Of a stretch of 64,000 bases of DNA, positions 52,607 to 64,000 are shown piece by piece. The stretch lies in the NCBI RefSeq assembly GCF_037042905.1, contig NC_087251.1, positions 30,072,001-30,136,000 of the forward strand, given 5' to 3'. The position numbers and the translations under genes are program-made. The notes beneath the pieces are model-generated. The model searched no databases, was not told where the DNA came from, and saw nothing but the letters and a program-made list of their open reading frames with translations. How positions within the stretch are numbered: the stretch's first letter is position 1; each line of letters begins with the position of its first letter. The DNA is from Lytechinus pictus. Taxonomy: Eukaryota.

Positions 52607-52674
<68 letters not shown>

Positions 52675-52698
52675 TTGGGTGTGTGAGGGTGTGTGTGT
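52607..52698. repeat. (TA)n(TG)n microsatellite
   Basis: Direct inspection. Confidence 0.95.
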
Positions 52699-52802
52699 CT
52701 AATTATGGAAAACTCAATTGTGCCCCCCAACCTTTGAGGAGAGAATTCAGCACCCCCACTGAAAAAATCGTTCCCAGGTCCCTGTTATTCTCTCCGTTTC
52801 AG

Positions 52803-52936
52803 GTGTCAAAGCAGTTCATTCAAATGAAACGGTTCATATAGAATTTACTATGAATAGTGATCCAAAGGATATCAAATTATTCGTGCTTGGACACGCCATG
52901 TTATTGATAAATTTGTCGTTTGGAACTGAAATCTGA
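52803..52936 (+). other. Possible terminal coding exon (scramblase/Tubby-C-like C-terminus); paralog 56044-56156
   Basis: TTCTCTCCGTTTCAG| acceptor, then GVKAVHSNETVHIEFTMNSDPKDIKLFVLGHAMLLINLSFGTEI*, then AATAAA at about 52967. No upstream exons identified. Confidence 0.3.
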
Positions 52937-53839
52937 AAGTAAATAAGCCAAAATCAAAATGAAACTAATAAAATCAAGATTTTTTTTTCTTTTTTGGACG
53001 GGACACAAAAAGTTGTTTACGAAATCCTGACAGCCGCTTTCAGCATGTTCAATGGCATTCCTCTTGCAGGAAATATTAATGTATTGTGTATAAAAAAGCT
53101 TAAATCTAACGAATCTTTATCACTTATAATTTTTCACACCAAGACTCAATAATAATATATAGTGAAACTTAAACTGAAATCAAAATGAAAATTATTATAT
53201 TTCAGAAATGATTTTTGAAGGGGAGTAACCTAATAGTCTCTTCTGAAATCCTGACGAGCGACTGAAACAACATTTATTTTGTATGCATTTTCTTTTCTAT
53301 ATTGCGTGAAAATAAGTTAATTCTATGTAGACATTGCATATACGTTAAAGGGTTTTTAACTGTAAATCTTATTTCCGAAACTCTTCCTAGATTTTAGTTT
53401 TGTTAGTCGAAAAAAAAATAATTGAAAATGTATAACGTTAATAAGGCACGCTTATTGGTTTCTTCGTTTTACTTATTAAAAAAAAACTATTTCAAAATGA
53501 AAATAGAACAGTGTCGAGTATTAAAAAAAATCAAATCTGTTAAAACAATTAGGGGAAGGTGTGGCATAATGGAATAATTGATTTCAAACTTGAATTTATG
53601 ACGTCATCAACGACACAATACATGTACAATGACACTGACAATTTTAGATGAATACTGTTTGTACTTTTATATATCTAGGACATTTCATGAATTTCCAGTT
53701 GTAAATTTCAGTGAAACTCGAATTATTTTTTCTAAAAGAAAAATCTATTTTGCCCCAACACTTTGGCGGCAATCTTCATTGCCTCTTTATCCCATATCTG
53801 TCTTGTCGTTTTCCGCTTGCAGTTCTTTATAATCTTTAT

Positions 53840-54120
53840 GTGGAGCGTTGTGGATTAGTCTCCGGACTTTGAAACAGAGGGTCGTGGGTACGAATTCCAG
53901 CCATGGCGTAATTTCCTTCGGCAAGAAATTTATCCACATTGTGCTGCAATCGACCCAGGTGAGGTGAATGGGTACCCGGTAGGATTTTTCCTTGAACGCT
54001 TTAGCACCTATTAATATGGCGGCTCAGCTACAGCCGGGATAATAATATGACACCAAGTATCAAAGCGCAGTTGAGTATATGCACATAGTAACTGCGTTAT
54101 AAAAAATTGACATGTTATTT
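53840..54120 (+). mobile_element. tRNA-derived SINE with a deletion in the A-box region
   Basis: GTGGAGCGTTGTGG[deletion]ATTAGTCTCC..., same core as the other two SINEs, distinct tail. Confidence 0.88.
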
Positions 54121-54229
54121 ATGACGACCTGCAAACAATACACCTGAACCATATAATTGAGGTTACTCATTTACCACAAACAATGTAACTGATCTTAAAG
54201 CACGTTTAATTGCTACAGCAACTATAATC

Positions 54230-54990
54230 ATCCCCTTTTCCTAGATCATGAGGGTGCACATTAAAAGACTTTATTTGGATGTGCTCAGATGTTGCTGGAT
54301 GAAAGTTTATGGTTTAGACTCCAGTTTTTGAAGCCATCTTGGATTTTTGGACATACCGGACCACTGAAATTCCTTTAAACTCGTCCTAATGTATTATTTG
54401 ACCCTTGAGACCATATAGACACCAAAATGTTATCTGCCAGGCAAAATGATATCAAATGAACTATGTCCACTTGTAGGTAATAGCATCCATTTTAGACACC
54501 TTTTTTTGGAAGTCAGCTTGGATTTTTGGACATACTTGACTACTGGCTGTCCTTGTAGCTTGTCACAATGTAATACTTGACCCTTAAAATCATTGAATAG
54601 AAACCAAAATCAAAGATATTAAAGAAAGTAATAGATGTAATTTGGATTTTTAGGCTTTGGCAGCCATTTTGGACGCCATCTTGGATCTTTAGGTACCCTG
54701 GTCTGCCTATGTTCACTCTAACATGTATCATTAGAAAATTATACCCCTTTAACCCATGCAATATTCACAGCAATTGATGTCTAATGTGGATAATGAGTGA
54801 GTTATGTCCATTTTCTGTGAATGGCGACCATTCTGCACGCCATCTTGGATAGCAAAAATCCTCAAGGAGGATATAAATGAGGACTTTTAGTTTGTTATTC
54901 TAGACAGATTCTTGGACGTATCCTGAAAAGAACCCAGCTTTTTACCTGAAATTTCCTTTCTTAAGCCTATTTTGGCCTAATGCTCTTGGC
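54230..54990. mobile_element. DNA-transposon-like fragment with repeated GCCATCTTGGA motifs
   Basis: Motif at about 54333, 54676 and 54839 within diverged subrepeats. Ends not defined. Confidence 0.4.
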
Positions 54991-55707
54991 CTTTATGTCT
55001 TTATACTATAATAGGAGCTTTATCCCGTCAAGGTTTTCTTTCTGTTTATTGTATTTCATATCTTGTGATATTCTTGACGAATAAAATCAATCAATCAACC
55101 AACATAAAACTTTTTTTGAAACGCAGTTCCAACAATGCATGTAGAACGCGATGCTGGAAGAGCACCTTTACATATATTAGGGGTTTTGTAAACAACCTCT
55201 ATGTACAATTGTTAGAAAGAATACCCCCAACCTTGAATAATTTTGTTTCGATTTTAGGTCCAAACGTGTTCTGATGCTATTCGTGGTATGCACAGACAAA
55301 TGAAATATTTTTCTTTAGATCAGTGATATGGAAAGAAAAAATCTTTCATATTGAAAATGAAATTAACCATATTAGAGGAAGGTGGGACATAACGTTCATA
55401 GAGGGAAAAAATAATTTTTTGAAATTGTCATAAGTGAATAAAGTACGCCCCCTTTTACAAAGTCTTTGAAGCAGTCGACATGGCGGCATAATATCAACCA
55501 TGAACTTTCATCCAGTAACATCTGAGCACATGCAAATAAAGTCTTTTTTTTTAAGTGCACCCTTTTTCCTTTCCTTTTCCTCCTTTCTTTTTCCCCTTTC
55601 CTTCCCCTTTCCCTTTCTTTCTCCCTCCCTTTTCCCTTTTCCCCCAGTGAAATCCGCCAGGGGGGCACCTTGCTCCCCTGCCCCCCCCCGCCTGTTACGC
55701 GACTGTC

Positions 55708-56742
55708 AAAAACAACAAACAACAATATTCGACTTGGAAATGTTTTTCGATAATAAGAAATTTTCTCTTAAAGGTTTTTGCTAAACTATTTCATTGATAT
55801 AATGCCTCATGGAAAAAGTGTGGGAAAATTTATTTTGAAATAATGACGATCGTGTATTCCTGCAGTTAAATCATTTTCGAGAATAAGAAAAGCAAAAAAA
55901 CTCTAATAAAGATACCAATATGCCATTCGATATGCACCAAAAATCTCTAAACAGACAACCTTAGCCCCAAAAATGAAAGGTGTTATTATTGAATTAACTT
56001 TGTTCATGGATACAATGGGAAGAGGTTATTTTCTCCGTTTCAGGTGTCAAAGCAGTTCATTCAAATGAAACGGTTCATTTAGAATTTACTATGAATAGTG
56101 ATCCAAAGGATATCAAATTATTCGTGCTTGCGCACGCCATGTTATTGATAAATTAGTCGTTTGGAACTTAAATCTGAAAGTAAATAAGCCAAAATCAAAA
56201 TGAAACTAATAAAATTCAGATTTTATTTTTCCTTTTTCGACGGGGCACAAAAGTTGTTCACGAAACCCTGACGGACGCTTTCATCATGCTCAATGGCAAT
56301 TCTATTGCAGAAGATATTTATGGATTGTGTAAAAGAAGTTTATATCTAACGAATCTATATTATTTATGAATTTGCACACCAATAATAATAAAAACAGGTC
56401 AAGAAATTATCTAAAGTGAAACTAACATTGAAAAAAAAAACGATTCCTATTTTAAAAATTATTTTTAGAAGGGGCTTAATAGATATTTACAAAATCCTGA
56501 CGGGCACTTGAAACGGCACTTCTTGTGTAGGCTTTTTTGGTTTCTATATTGCGTAAAAAAGAGTTAATTCTGACTATGTGAATACTGTATATACGTTAAT
56601 AATGTTTTGACTGTAATCCTCATTTTTTACACTCTTCCTCGATCTTTCCTTATCAGTCGAAAAATGGGAAAATTTGATTGCAAATGTATAACGGTGTACA
56701 AGACACGCATATTTGTTTCTACGTTTTATTTTATTAAAACAA
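55708..56742 (+). repeat. Local duplication of 49066-49404 + 52785-~53490
   Basis: Colinear similarity on both sides of the 3.4-kb insertion site. Confidence 0.9.
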
Positions 56743-56743
56743 A

Positions 56744-57150
56744 AGGGCCCGAATTCACAAAGGTGGTTTTGAAAACCCCCGGTTGAGTCCATGGTTTATG
56801 CAGATTTCCTGTATAAATTACGCTTATTTTACCGCGTATATTAAAAAATGTCCAATGCTGATGCGCGCTTTTGTTACAGTGTGCCAAATTGACGCCTGTT
56901 GCCGTGGTTATCCACGCTATTTTATTCATGAGTCCACTGTTTTTATGCATGAGTACGAGTCCACTCTTCAAACAGTGGACTCATGAATGAAATAGCGTAT
57001 CTAACCATGGTAACAGGCGTCAATTTGGCGCACTGTGACAAAAGCGCGCATCAGCATTGGACATGTTTAATACACGCGCCCGATGCGCGCTAAATTAAGC
57101 GTAATTTATACAGGAAATCTGCATAAACCATTGACTCAACCGGTGTTTGA
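56744..57150. mobile_element. Palindromic (foldback) MITE, PIF/Harbinger-like left end, right end truncated
   Basis: GGGCCCGAATTCACAAAG start. 56778-56940 is the reverse complement of about 56970-57143. Confidence 0.75.
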
Positions 57151-57530
57151 CAGGTTCTTCTCCCCCATTATCAGTGTAATTTAAAATTACGTCCATAATT
57201 TTAAAAAGGGAATTGAATAGACGTTTGCCATTTAAGAGTATACAAAAAAGTACGAGATGCATTGTTGCAAAAAAAACAGTGCTGTTCTTGGGTGTAGCCA
57301 TAGAAAGCCCAGATCGGATTATTAAAATGACCACACCTGATAACATATGAAGTATATTCATGATGAAAAAATGATAAATCCATATTTTATTGTTCGAAAT
57401 AGACATTAAATGAAATACTCCAAAAATTTGCTTTGCCCAATTGATCGTGGGCCCGGCAGCCGCTGTGCAGCGCCAGATCGACGAGGCTCTATCTATCCCT
57501 TTAATCGTTGAACGCCAAACAGGGTAGCAG

Positions 57531-58736
57531 CCAATGAACGTAGAGGGCAGCAACACAACTCTGACAAGGCCCTATATATATTATACAAATATTCAATGTT
57601 GATGAGTGCGATCGTTCCGAATATGGCATGAGTTTGCAAGTTGAAACAGTCAATTCAACGACGCGAAGCGGAGTTGAATAGACTGTCTCAACTTGCAACG
57701 AATGTAATATTCGGAACGTCGCACGAATACAAAATTGAATATTTGTTTTATACAACACCGATAGCTTACAGTTTAGACTAGATCTAGATAGGCTAGATCT
57801 ATAGGTCTAGTCTATGACTAACGCGCGTTAGGTCTTATTTTGCATACAATGTTGTCTTTTGTGCGTCAGTAGATTTACTTCAGTAATCCCAGGAGAGTCA
57901 AGTATACTTTCAACATAGATCCATAAAGTTATAGATCCATGAAGTCCAATTTGTGAACGAATTCCATAAAATCCAGAAGGAAATCCATAAGGTACGCAGC
58001 CGTACCCTGGGAATAATTTGCTTAGCAACGTACGTACGCGCATTGTGTTCAGCTTAGCAACGTGTATGCGCAGTGCTACGTACATCGGTCAGAGCATGCA
58101 TGGTCAGAGATACGAAAACGTGATTACGTATATGCGCGTATACCGCTAATTCACTTAACGTGTACGGGGCATGTCCATGGGTTCAGTGTGCCCAGGGATC
58201 TTGTGCAGTGCTGGCTCATTTACTTCAGCGTGCTATAGTCGACTATAGCACGAGCGTGCAATAGTCGACTATAGCACGGCTAGCATATCTTAGCGTGCTA
58301 TAGCAGATTCCTCTGAATGTCATGTGAAACGCTTTCATCCAATCAGCTGTCAAGGATCTATCCATGTGTTGTATAAATGTTTATATAGGGCCTTGAACTC
58401 TGACGGCAGTGTTGCTTTTAGGAAGGTCCACTTCGCTCAGATTTTGTGACCATTTTCTCCCAGAGCACTTTTTTGGAAGATTGTAGAGTTGATTTTTTTT
58501 TCGTTTGTTCAATTTTACTATTTTTTATTGATAATAAAACCTCCAAGAAAATATGTTAAATAATATTAATTTAGCATATTTGTATTTTTTTAAAATTGTA
58601 AGACAAAAGGTAATCATGATTCTTGTAGTTTACATAGCAATAAAAATACATAGACTGATGATATTTGTGTTACCGTTCTTCTGCTTAATTTTGCTGCCCC
58701 TACCAAATCTACACAAGCTAACGCCAGAGCCAAGAC
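57531..58736 (-). mobile_element. Older, fragmented copy of the CAACGAACG-TIR family (opposite orientation)
   Basis: CAATGAACGTAGAGGGCAGCAACAC end, resuming at 58404 with GTGTTGCTTTTAGGAAGGTC..CGCTCAGATTTTGTGACC, which matches the family right end. Confidence 0.65.
57565..58395. mobile_element. P-like non-autonomous element
   Basis: CAAGGCCCTATATA / TATATAGGGCCTTG with 8-bp TSD AACTCTGA. Contains a further TATACAACAC../..GTGTTGTATA-bounded segment (57749-58375). Confidence 0.85.
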
Positions 58737-59927
58737 CAACGAACGTAGAGGGCAGCAACACACAAACGTGTTGCTATAAGGAAGGTCAACTCGATACGCG
58801 CATGCAGCTGAGCTGCGCGCGTATTTTATTGTTCATGCCAACGAAATCAAATGCCGATCCAATACAACAACAAATTAGTAGCGATCAAAAAACGAATATG
58901 TAAGAATATGACTACAACAATATCAAAGATAACTTAAAAAATATGTTGAGGAATATACATACATATAAAAACATACTTTGATATTTAAAACTTTACAAAT
59001 ATAAGTTTCAGGAAACTAAAATCATTACCAAATCGGTGATTGTTGTTATCAGCGATTTCACCAGACGGCTGTATTAGGTGATTTGCGTCGAGACGATTTT
59101 GTGACCACTCGCAAAACATTTCGGGATTGAATATAACCACCTTATTTTCTCTGAGCTCTTCGCTGAACCCATCATCACAGTGCAGCTGCAGCGCAGCGCG
59201 CAGCCAATGCGCATGCAATGCATCCGATGCATGGGTTGTTTTTTCGCCGTCCATGCTATGGTCTCGGACTCAGAGTTGAAATTTAGACCCGGATTTTGGG
59301 GATACAGCGCCTTTATTTCAGATTTATAGACTTAAAAGTCAAATGACATTTAAAATTTGAAATCTAACCTTGAACAATCATCGTTGATAAACATCAGCCC
59401 TGAAGCCATTACACTTCAAATCAGGCCAGGCAAATTAGACGTCATTGTCTAAGTTGCTAGATCTATGACGAGTCGCCTGAAGCCCCAGCGCATCATCAAC
59501 GTCACTAGCTAGCTGCGCGACCGGCCCAGACTCGGCGCACCCAGGCCAGAAAAATGACCTCGATTATTACGGTGGTTGTCTATGCATTTATTAGTGGTGC
59601 AGCGAAATTCAGCAGAAGAAAATAAGAGATATGAGGTATCCTCGTCACTGGCTTAATATTCCAAAATGAGGAAAAATGTCAAAATCATGATTATTTAAGC
59701 TAAATATTTTCTTTAAAAATAAAAGTAATATTTTTAATATTTATACCCAGAATAACCGATCTAATAATTGTTCATTAAAAAATATTTGAAATTAACAAAT
59801 GAAAAAAAATCAACTCGACAAATTTCCCAAAACCCCACCTTATTTTTTAAAGTGGTCACAAAATTTGAGCGGAGTTGACCTTCCTTAGAGCAACACGCTT
59901 GTGTGTTGCTGCCCTCTACGTTCGTTG
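58737..59927 (+). mobile_element. P-like non-autonomous element with ~56-bp TIRs
   Basis: CAACGAACGTAGAGGGCAGCAACACAC... / ...CCCTCTACGTTCGTTG with 8-bp TSD GCCAAGAC. Confidence 0.9.
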
Positions 59928-59970
59928 GCCAAGACCTGGCCGCGCCGAAACTTCCCCGGTCACCTGTACC

Positions 59971-60009
59971 CATAGAGATGTATACTAACTACTAGTATAC
60001 ATCTCTATG
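59971..60009. mobile_element. 39-bp TIR-only remnant (probable P-type excision footprint)
   Basis: CATAGAGATGTATACTA-ACTAC-TAGTATACATCTCTATG flanked by CCTGTACC on both sides. Confidence 0.85.
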
Positions 60010-60136
60010 CCTGTACCTCGGTGCGCGTACTGCGCTGCGTGAATGATAATGCTGACTGCACTGCACTGGCAGGATAATCTCGACGCGACTCGACTTAGCT
60101 AGATATGCACTTGAAAGATATAGACTTGGTCTGTCA

Positions 60137-63100
60137 CAACGAACGTTGAGGGCAGCAACACACAAGCGTGTTGCTCTAAGGAAGGTCAACTCGATACGCG
60201 CATGCAGCTGAGGTACGCGCATATTTTATCATTTATGCCAACGAAATCATACGCCGATCCAATACAACAACAAATTAGTAGCGATCACGAAAACAATATG
60301 AAAGAATATGACTACAACGATATCAAAGATAACATAAAAAAATTATGTTGGAGAATATACATACATTTAAAAACATACGTTGATATTTAAAACTTTACAA
60401 ATATAAGTTTTAGAAACTAAATCATTACCAAATCGGTGATTGTTGTTATCAGCGATTTCACCAGACGGCTGTATTAGGTGATTTGCGTCGAGACGATTTT
60501 GTGACCACTCGCAAAGCATTTCGGGATTGAATATGACCACCTTATTTTCTCTGAGCTCTTCGCTGAACCCATCATCACAGTGCAGCTGCAGCGCAGCGCG
60601 CAGCCAATGCAATGCATCCGATGCATGGGTTTTTTTCGCCGTCCATAGTCTCGGACTTGAAGTTGAAATTTAGCGCCTTTATTTCAGATTTATAGATTTA
60701 AAAGTCGAATGAAATTAAAAATTTGAAATCTAACCTTGAACAATCATCGTTGATAAACATCAGCCCTGAAGCAATTGCACTTCAAATCAGACAAGGCAAA
60801 TTGGACGTCATTGTCTATGTTGCTAGAAGGTCTATGACGAGTCGCCTGAAGCCCCAGCGCATCATCAACGTCACTAGCTAGCTGCGCGACCGGCCCAGAC
60901 TCGGCGCACCCAGGCCAGAAAAATGACCTCGATTATTACGGTGGTTGTCTATGCATTTATTAGTGGTGCAGCGAAATTCAGCAGAAGAAAATAAGAGATA
61001 TGAGGTATCCTCGTCATAGACTTAATATTCCAAAATGAGGAAAAATGTCAAAATCATGATTATTTAAGCTATTAATATTTTCTTTAAAAATAAAAGTAAT
61101 ATCTTTAATATTTATACCCAGAATAACCGATCTAATAATTGTTCATTAAAAATTATTTGCAATTAACAAATGGAAAAAAATCAACTCGACAAATTTCCCA
61201 AAACCCCACCTTTTTTTTTAGAGTGGTCACAAAATTCGAGCGGAGTTGACCCACTGAACTAGAGATACGTGGAATACGTGTCCCTATTCCCAACGTACAC
61301 AAAGCCGTGCGGCAACGAAGAGCATCGGACTTCACGCTCGACTGAGCGCGCCGCCATTTTGCTAGGTCAATACTGGCTAGTCGACAAATGCTGCGTGAAG
61401 GCAGATGGGAGAAAGGAACGCAAAGAAAGTGTTCCTTGTGCTGTTTAAAGTTTTAGTTTGCTTTGTTACATCATGAACTATATGTTATTGAATACTTTCA
61501 TAACTGAAAATGTTGATTTAGTCACATTTTTGTATTAAAGGGGAGTAAACATACAGACATGAAATCATAAAAACTCGACCTTTTTCACGCGCACACTATA
61601 TGACAAAGAAAGGCCCAACAACAAATTTGCTTTCTGAGTAGGCCTACAATTTGTCTGAACAATAAAGGCCTACAAGCTGGTTGCATTAAAAAAAAAATCT
61701 TTTAACGATTAGAAATCATGTCCCTTTTCTCTAGCTTTGTTTTAAAACCTCCCTTCTCATTCAACTATTCATCTCATCTCATTTTCTCTGATTTTCCTCT
61801 TCTGTCCATCTCTCTTATCCTCCCTTTTCTCCATCCCCTTCTATTTCTTCAATTTCTACTTTCATGCCCCTCTCTCTCTTATTTCTCCCCTTTATATCAT
61901 CTCGATCTCCCTCTTTATTATTTTTCCTTTCTCTTTGGCTTCTTTCTCTCTGATTTTCCTCTTCTTTCTCATCTCTCTCTCTCTTACCTTCCCTTTCTAT
62001 ATATCCCCCTTATATCTCTCTTTTATTTCCCCATCTCCCTTATATCAAGCCCTCTTATCTCCCTCTCGTCTCGCCTTTCTCTCCTCACCTTTTTCTCATT
62101 CCTCGTCTTTTCCCCCTTTCTCTCCCTCTCTCTCTCTCTCTCTTTGATCTTCCTCTTCTTTCCATCTCTTCTCATTGATCGTCTGTTTCTTTTTTTCTCT
62201 CCGGCTGCATCTTTACCATTTTGCCTTTCTCATTTCAACTTTCTCTATATAAATTTTGAGTAAATATTCCCTTCCCTCCCTCTCATACTGTTCAATCACA
62301 CATTCAGGGTGAAAAATTGGATAGAAGTTTGAGGACAAGAAGGTTGTTACTTTTAATGAGCCTTCAAAGTTGGACCTTCGTGTGCTCAGCCATGAAATAT
62401 CTACTAAGTACAGTGTATATAAAAATGGGCACAATATAATTTGAATTCTTATGAAATTTAATTTGGAAGAGCATGGATGTTGCACGACATGTGCTTATAC
62501 ATCAATGCACCTTTACATAAAGGAAGGTGTGATGGATAAACAAATTCAACTCTAACAAGTTTACTGATTAGAGCACAGATCAGAAAAGCATAGCAATGGT
62601 AATTCCATTTAAAAAGTTGTGGCATTAAATTTCGCTTATTTTAACATTCCAGATAATTATATGCATATCCTGGTCAGTATATATGAAATATTCCACATGT
62701 CAAAAATTTTATTCATTTCTAAACCACTTAGTTTTTCAAAATTTTAAAGATATATATCTAAAAAACACCAAATATATCATTTCTGTTAGATGATTGGATT
62801 GCTTTTGTTTAAAGTTTGAACTTTTTCCTCTTTCATTTTTATTCTTCATCCTTCTATCCTTCCTGCTTGCTTTTTTTGTTCCATCTATCTTTTAATATTT
62901 CCTACCTTTCTTTCCTGATCCAGTCTGTGTGTTAATTTTCTTTCTTTCCTTCTTTCTCTTATCTGCCCTTTTTATTTACTTCCTTCTCCCTTCCTCACCT
63001 TTAATTTCTTTTCGTTTTTTCTCTCCTTCCATTATTTTTTTTTTCATTCTCTCCTCCCTCCAATCTTTCCTCCCTCTCTTTCATTCTTTCTTTCATTCTT

Positions 63101-63961
63101 TATTCTATTTTTCCTTCTAATTCTTTCTTTCCCTCCCTCCCTTCCTTCCTTCCCCCTTCCTGTTTTCTTCTTTCTTCGTTTCTTTCTTTCAAAGAATGAA
63201 AACATTTTTCTTTCCTTCATTCTTTGTTTCCCTTCTTTTTCTTACTTTTTCTTTCTCACTTTATTCTGTCTGTCACACATCTTCCCTTTCTTTCTTTTTC
63301 TTAATTTCTTTCTATATTCGATGAATTCAAAGAATGACGGAAACCTTTTTTTCTCTTTTATTCTTTCTTTCATCGTCTTTTTAATTATTCTTACTTTCTT
63401 TCATTTTCCCCCCTTCATTTTCCCCTTCGTTTTTTTCTTTCTTCTTTCTTATTTCATTTCTTTTCTTTCTCTCCTTCATTCTTTCGTTCACCCTCCCTTC
63501 CAATTCTTTATATTTTTTCACAAGTATAATACTGCGTAGCCTTCTTTGATAATCTTTTTTTATCGATTGTCCCGTATTTCATTTTTTGAAATCTGGTCAC
63601 CCTGATTTAAACCCTTTTTTTAAACTACATGAATTACCAGGTCCCAGTACATTGTGCATATAGAAATATGTTTGTACATGATTGGCTTACTGACATTAAA
63701 ATACACTTTGCCACACTAAGTACATCAGTATTAATTTTATATTTATAGAGAAAACATATTGCATCTTGCACATACTTTCAATTGCCTTCTACGGCGCGTT
63801 CTCGAACAATTGACCTAGCAAAATGGCGGCGGTCACGTGACTTATCGAGTTCGCCGGCGATGTTTTGCTTGGGTGAACACGACTTCCACGTATTTCTAGT
63901 TCAGTGAGTTGACCTTCCTTAGAGCAACACGCTTGTGTGTTGCTGCCCTCTACGTTCGTTG
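60137..63961 (+). mobile_element. Second copy of the 58737 element, right TIR split by an insertion
   Basis: 60137-61251 is colinear with 58737-59880. The TIR resumes at 63907-63961. Flanks do not form a TSD. Confidence 0.88.
61252..63906. mobile_element. 2.65-kb CA..TG element with an 8-bp TSD (P- or hAT-type), CT-rich interior
   Basis: CACTGAACTAGAGATACGTGGAA / TTCCACGTATTTCTAGTTCAGTG, TSD AGTTGACC, inverted subterminal GCCGCCATTTTGCTAGGTCAAT. Confidence 0.88.
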
Positions 63962-64000
63962 GCTACGCACCACTCATCGCGCATGCAGTTTTTATGGCAA

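Larger units (their letters stand above)
49405..52784. mobile_element. Composite hAT-type non-autonomous element with several nested insertions
   Basis: CATGGACATGGGAA / TTCCCAGGTCCCTG with 8-bp TSD TTATTCTC (49397-404, 52785-792). An empty site is present in the paralog at 56026-56033. Internal GCTCGCGCTTCGCGCTCG repeats. Confidence 0.85.

Noticed and set aside
61718..63539. Hydrophobic Phe/Leu/Ser ORFs as membrane proteins
   Set aside because: Low-complexity CT-rich DNA inside a transposon; the same applies to 32875-33126 and 36252-36666.

Overview
AT-rich animal genomic DNA, probably echinoderm/sea-urchin-like (inferred from the SINE and MITE style, not proven). No intact protein-coding gene is evident. 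(1) 1-~30500: head-to-tail array (period 13,105 bp) of three copies (A partial, B complete, C diverged/truncated) of a decayed, spliced + strand gene. Reconstruction through phase-compatible splice sites gives a signal-like exon, TNFR-like Cys-rich exons, a Ser/Thr-rich 48/52/54-bp minisatellite exon of about 3-5 kb, a short exon, and a last exon with a TM-like segment followed by a SEFIR/TIR-like motif pattern. All copies carry stops and frameshifts. (2) ~30500-64000: dense nested transposon field. It holds a split Tx1/L1-type LINE, tRNA-derived SINEs, a piggyBac-like > Academ-like foldback > hAT nest, a 2.9-kb structured (AGT/AGC)n satellite, and a 3.4-kb composite hAT element carrying a complete tRNA cloverleaf with a UCA (UGA-reading) anticodon. 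A nest of P-like elements includes an apparent 17+5+17-bp excision footprint. Family assignments were made by eye and need HMM/Repbase confirmation.
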